Shown: in pieces, positions 60,860 through 64,000 of the stretch
How positions within the stretch are numbered: the stretch's first letter is position 1
Layout: every line of letters begins with the position of its first letter
Source of the DNA: Escherichia phage HY03
Length of the DNA stretch: 64,000 nt
Direction: 5' to 3' (one strand)
Sequence record: NC_031047.1
Notes under the pieces: generated by a model
What the model was told of the DNA's origin: nothing
Databases searched by the model: none
The model's input: the letters and a program-made list of their open reading frames with translations, nothing else
Program-made: the position numbers and the translations under genes

Positions 60860-61228
60860 ATGATTGAAATTACTCTTAAAAAACCTGAAGATTTTCTGAA
60901 AGTTAAAGAAACTCTGACTCGTATGGGAATTGCTAATAATAAAGATAAAGTTCTGTATCAATCCTGTCATATTCTCCAGAAAAAAGGACTATACTATATC
61001 GTTCATTTTAAAGAAATGCTTCGTATGGATGGTCGCCAGGTTGAAATGACAGAAGAAGATGAAGTTCGTCGTGATTCGATTGCATGGCTGTTAGAAGATT
61101 GGGGACTGATTGAAATCGCTCCCGGTCAAAGAACTTTTATGAAAGATTTAACTAATAACTTCCGAGTTATTTCTTTTAAACAAAAACACGAATGGAAACT
61201 CGTTCCTAAATATACGATTGGTAATTAA
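60860..61228 (+). CDS. regA: translational repressor RegA
   Basis: 122-aa ORF between 62 and 43. Confidence 0.9.
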   Translation: MIEITLKKPEDFLKVKETLTRMGIANNKDKVLYQSCHILQKKGLYYIVHFKEMLRMDGRQVEMTEEDEVRRDSIAWLLEDWGLIEIAPGQRTFMKDLTNNFRVISFKQKHEWKLVPKYTIGN

Positions 61229-61230
61229 GC

Positions 61231-61248
61231 AAGGGGCTTCGGCCCCTT
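61231..61248 (+). terminator. stem-loop AAGGGGC-UUCG-GCCCCUU after regA
   Basis: Perfect 7-bp stem with UUCG loop. Confidence 0.6.
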
Positions 61249-61267
61249 AATTGGAGTATAATATATC

Positions 61268-61306
61268 AAGAGCCTAATAACTCGGGCTATAAACTAAGGA
61301 ATATCT
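61268..61306 (+). promoter_or_regulatory. gene 43 translational operator (hairpin plus RBS bound by gp43)
   Basis: Hairpin GAGCC-UAAUAACUC-GGGCU directly 5' of the gp43 Shine-Dalgarno and ATG, as in the T4 gp43 autoregulatory site. Confidence 0.5.
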
Positions 61307-64000
61307 ATGAAAGAATTTTATATCTCTATTGAAACAGTCGGAAATAACATTGTTGAACGTTATATTGATGAAAACGGAAAGGAACGTACTCGCGAAGTAG
61401 AATATCTTCCAACTATGTTTAGACATTGTAAGGAAGAGTCAAAATACAAAGACATTTATGGTAAAAACTGCGCTCCTCAAAAATTTCCATCAATGAAAGA
61501 TGCTCGAGACTGGATGAAGCGAATGGAAGACATCGGTCTCGAAGCTCTCGGTATGAACGATTTTAAACTCGCTTATATCAGTGATACATATGGTTCAGAA
61601 ATTGTTTATGACCGAAAATTTGTTCGTGTAGCTAACTGTGACATTGAGGTTACTGGCGATAAATTTCCTGACCCAATGAAAGCAGAATATGAAATTGATG
61701 CTATCACTCATTATGATTCAATTGACGACCGTTTTTACGTCTTTGATTTGTTGAATTCAATGTACGGTTCAGTATCAAAATGGGATGCAAAGTTAGCTGC
61801 TAAGCTTGACTGTGAAGGTGGTGATGAAGTTCCTCAAGAAATTCTTGACCGAGTAATTTATATGCCATTTGATAATGAGCGTGATATGCTCATGGAATAT
61901 ATCAATCTTTGGGAACAGAAACGACCTGCTATTTTTACTGGTTGGAATATTGAGGGATTTGACGTTCCGTATATCATGAATCGCGTTAAAATGGTTCTCG
62001 GTGAACGTAGTATGAAACGCTTCTCTCCAATCGGTCGAGTAAAATCTAAACTAATTCAAAATGTGTACGGTAGCAAAGAAATTTATTCTATTGATGGCGT
62101 ATCTATTCTTGATTATTTAGATTTGTATAAGAAATTCGCATTTACTAATTTGCCGTCATTCTCTTTGGAATCAGTTGCTCAACATGAAACCAAAAAAGGT
62201 AAATTACCGTACGATGGTCCTATTAATAAACTTCGTGAAACTAATCATCAACGATACATTAGTTATAACATCATTGACGTAGAATCAGTTCAAGCAATTG
62301 ATAAAATTCGCGGGTTTATCGATCTAGTTTTAAGTATGTCTTATTATGCTAAAATGCCTTTTTCTGGTGTAATGAGTCCTATTAAAACTTGGGATGCTAT
62401 TATTTTTAACTCATTGAAAGGTGAACATAAGGTTATTCCTCAACAAGGTTCGCACGTTAAACAGAGTTTTCCGGGTGCATTTGTGTTTGAACCTAAACCA
62501 ATTGCTCGTCGATATATTATGAGTTTTGACTTGACGTCTCTGTATCCTAGCATTATTCGTCAGGTTAACATTAGTCCTGAGACTATTCGTGGGCAGTTTA
62601 AAGTTCATCCAATTCATGAATATATTGCAGGAACAGCTCCTAAACCGAGTGATGAATATTCTTGTTCTCCGAATGGATGGATGTATGATAAGCATCAAGA
62701 AGGTATCATTCCAAAGGAAATCGCTAAAGTATTTTTCCAGCGTAAAGACTGGAAAAAGAAAATGTTCGCTGAAGAAATGAATGCCGAAGCTATTAAAAAG
62801 ATTATTATGAAAGGCGCAGGGTCTTGTTCAACTAAACCAGAAGTTGAACGATATGTTAAGTTCAGTGATGATTTCTTAAATGAACTATCGAATTACACCG
62901 AATCCGTTCTCAATAGTCTGATTGAAGAATGTGAAAAAGCGGCTACACTCGCTAACACAAATCAACTGAACCGTAAAATTCTTATTAACAGTCTTTATGG
63001 CGCTCTTGGTAATATTCATTTCCGTTACTATGATTTGCGAAATGCTACTGCTATCACAATTTTCGGCCAAGTTGGTATTCAGTGGATTGCTCGTAAAATT
63101 AATGAATATCTGAATAAAGTATGCGGAACTAATGGCGAAGATTTCATTGCAGCAGGTGATACTGATTCGGTATATGTTTGTGTAGATAAAGTTATTGAAA
63201 AAGTTGGTCTTGACCGATTCAAAGAGCAGAACGATTTAGTTGAATTCATGAATCAGTTCGGTAAGAAAAAGATGGAACCTATGATTGATGTTGCATATCG
63301 TGAGTTATGTGATTATATGAATAACCGCGAGCATCTGATGCATATGGACCGTGAAGCTATTTCTTGCCCTCCACTTGGTTCAAAGGGTGTTGGTGGATTT
63401 TGGAAAGCGAAAAAGCGTTATGCTCTGAACGTTTATGATATGGAAGATAAACGATTTGCTGAACCACATCTAAAAATCATGGGTATGGAAACTCAGCAGA
63501 GTTCAACACCAAAAGCAGTGCAAGAAGCTCTCGAAGAAAGTATTCGTCGTATTCTTCAGGAAGGTGAAGAGTCTGTCCAAGAATACTACAAGAACTTCGA
63601 GAAAGAATATCGTCAACTTGACTATAAAGTTATTGCTGAAGTAAAAACTGCGAACGATATAGCGAAATATGATGATAAAGGTTGGCCAGGATTTAAATGC
63701 CCGTTCCATATTCGCGGTGTGCTAACTTATCGTCGAGCTGTTAGTGGTCTGGGTGTAGCTCCAATTTTGGATGGAAATAAAGTAATGGTTCTTCCATTAC
63801 GTGAAGGAAATCCATTCGGTGACAAGTGCATTGCTTGGCCATCGGGTACAGAACTTCCAAAAGAAATTCGTTCTGATGTGCTATCTTGGATTGACCACTC
63901 AACTTTGTTCCAAAAATCGTTTGTTAAACCGCTTGCAGGTATGTGTGAATCGGCTGGCATGGACTATGAAGAAAAAGCTTCGTTAGACTTCCTGTTTGGC
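61307..64000 (+). CDS. 43: DNA polymerase gp43 (runs to window edge; stop codon not in window)
   Basis: 898 in-frame codons from ATG 61307 with no stop; 3'-5' exonuclease and family B polymerase motifs (DIE, SLYPS, NSLYG, DTDS). Confidence 0.95.
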   Translation, partial: MKEFYISIETVGNNIVERYIDENGKERTREVEYLPTMFRHCKEESKYKDIYGKNCAPQKFPSMKDARDWMKRMEDIGLEALGMNDFKLAYISDTYGSEIVYDRKFVRVANCDIEVTGDKFPDPMKAEYEIDAITHYDSIDDRFYVFDLLNSMYGSVSKWDAKLAAKLDCEGGDEVPQEILDRVIYMPFDNERDMLMEYINLWEQKRPAIFTGWNIEGFDVPYIMNRVKMVLGERSMKRFSPIGRVKSKLIQNVYGSKEIYSIDGVSILDYLDLYKKFAFTNLPSFSLESVAQHETKKGKLPYDGPINKLRETNHQRYISYNIIDVESVQAIDKIRGFIDLVLSMSYYAKMPFSGVMSPIKTWDAIIFNSLKGEHKVIPQQGSHVKQSFPGAFVFEPKPIARRYIMSFDLTSLYPSIIRQVNISPETIRGQFKVHPIHEYIAGTAPKPSDEYSCSPNGWMYDKHQEGIIPKEIAKVFFQRKDWKKKMFAEEMNAEAIKKIIMKGAGSCSTKPEVERYVKFSDDFLNELSNYTESVLNSLIEECEKAATLANTNQLNRKILINSLYGALGNIHFRYYDLRNATAITIFGQVGIQWIARKINEYLNKVCGTNGEDFIAAGDTDSVYVCVDKVIEKVGLDRFKEQNDLVEFMNQFGKKKMEPMIDVAYRELCDYMNNREHLMHMDREAISCPPLGSKGVGGFWKAKKRYALNVYDMEDKRFAEPHLKIMGMETQQSSTPKAVQEALEESIRRILQEGEESVQEYYKNFEKEYRQLDYKVIAEVKTANDIAKYDDKGWPGFKCPFHIRGVLTYRRAVSGLGVAPILDGNKVMVLPLREGNPFGDKCIAWPSGTELPKEIRSDVLSWIDHSTLFQKSFVKPLAGMCESAGMDYEEKASLDFLFG

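Overview
This window is a T4-type (Tequatrovirus-like) myovirus genome segment, read by eye without alignment tools, so all T4 comparisons are from memory. Positions 1-21.9 kb hold the late structural module on the + strand: gp19 C-terminus, portal gp20, prohead core gp67/gp68, protease gp21, scaffold gp22, major capsid gp23, vertex gp24, then minus-strand rnlB/hoc/inh, plus-strand segE/uvsW, minus-strand uvsY/gp25/gp26, and baseplate-tail genes 51-27-28-29-48-54. Positions 23.3-64 kb hold an early/middle module also on the + strand: a structured RNA locus, internal-protein and e.x accessory genes, nudE, lysozyme e, regB, vs, tk, rI, a long accessory stretch, nrdC, gp49, nrdD split by a group I intron carrying I-TevII, nrdG, nrdH, gp55, agt, gp47, gp46, rpbA, gp45, gp44, gp62, regA and gp43. 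In T4 these two modules lie on opposite strands, so 21.9-23.3 kb is a synteny breakpoint. Other points of interest are a frameshifted rnlB, an extra HNH endonuclease after uvsW, a frameshift at a T7 tract in an accessory gene, tandem paralogous membrane-protein genes with repeated junction DNA, macro-domain and nucleotidyltransferase/ATPase accessory genes, and repeated terminator-plus-early-promoter cassettes. No CRISPR array or canonical tRNA gene was found. I could not identify a single clearly novel multi-gene system; the accessory loci listed in the findings are the best candidates.
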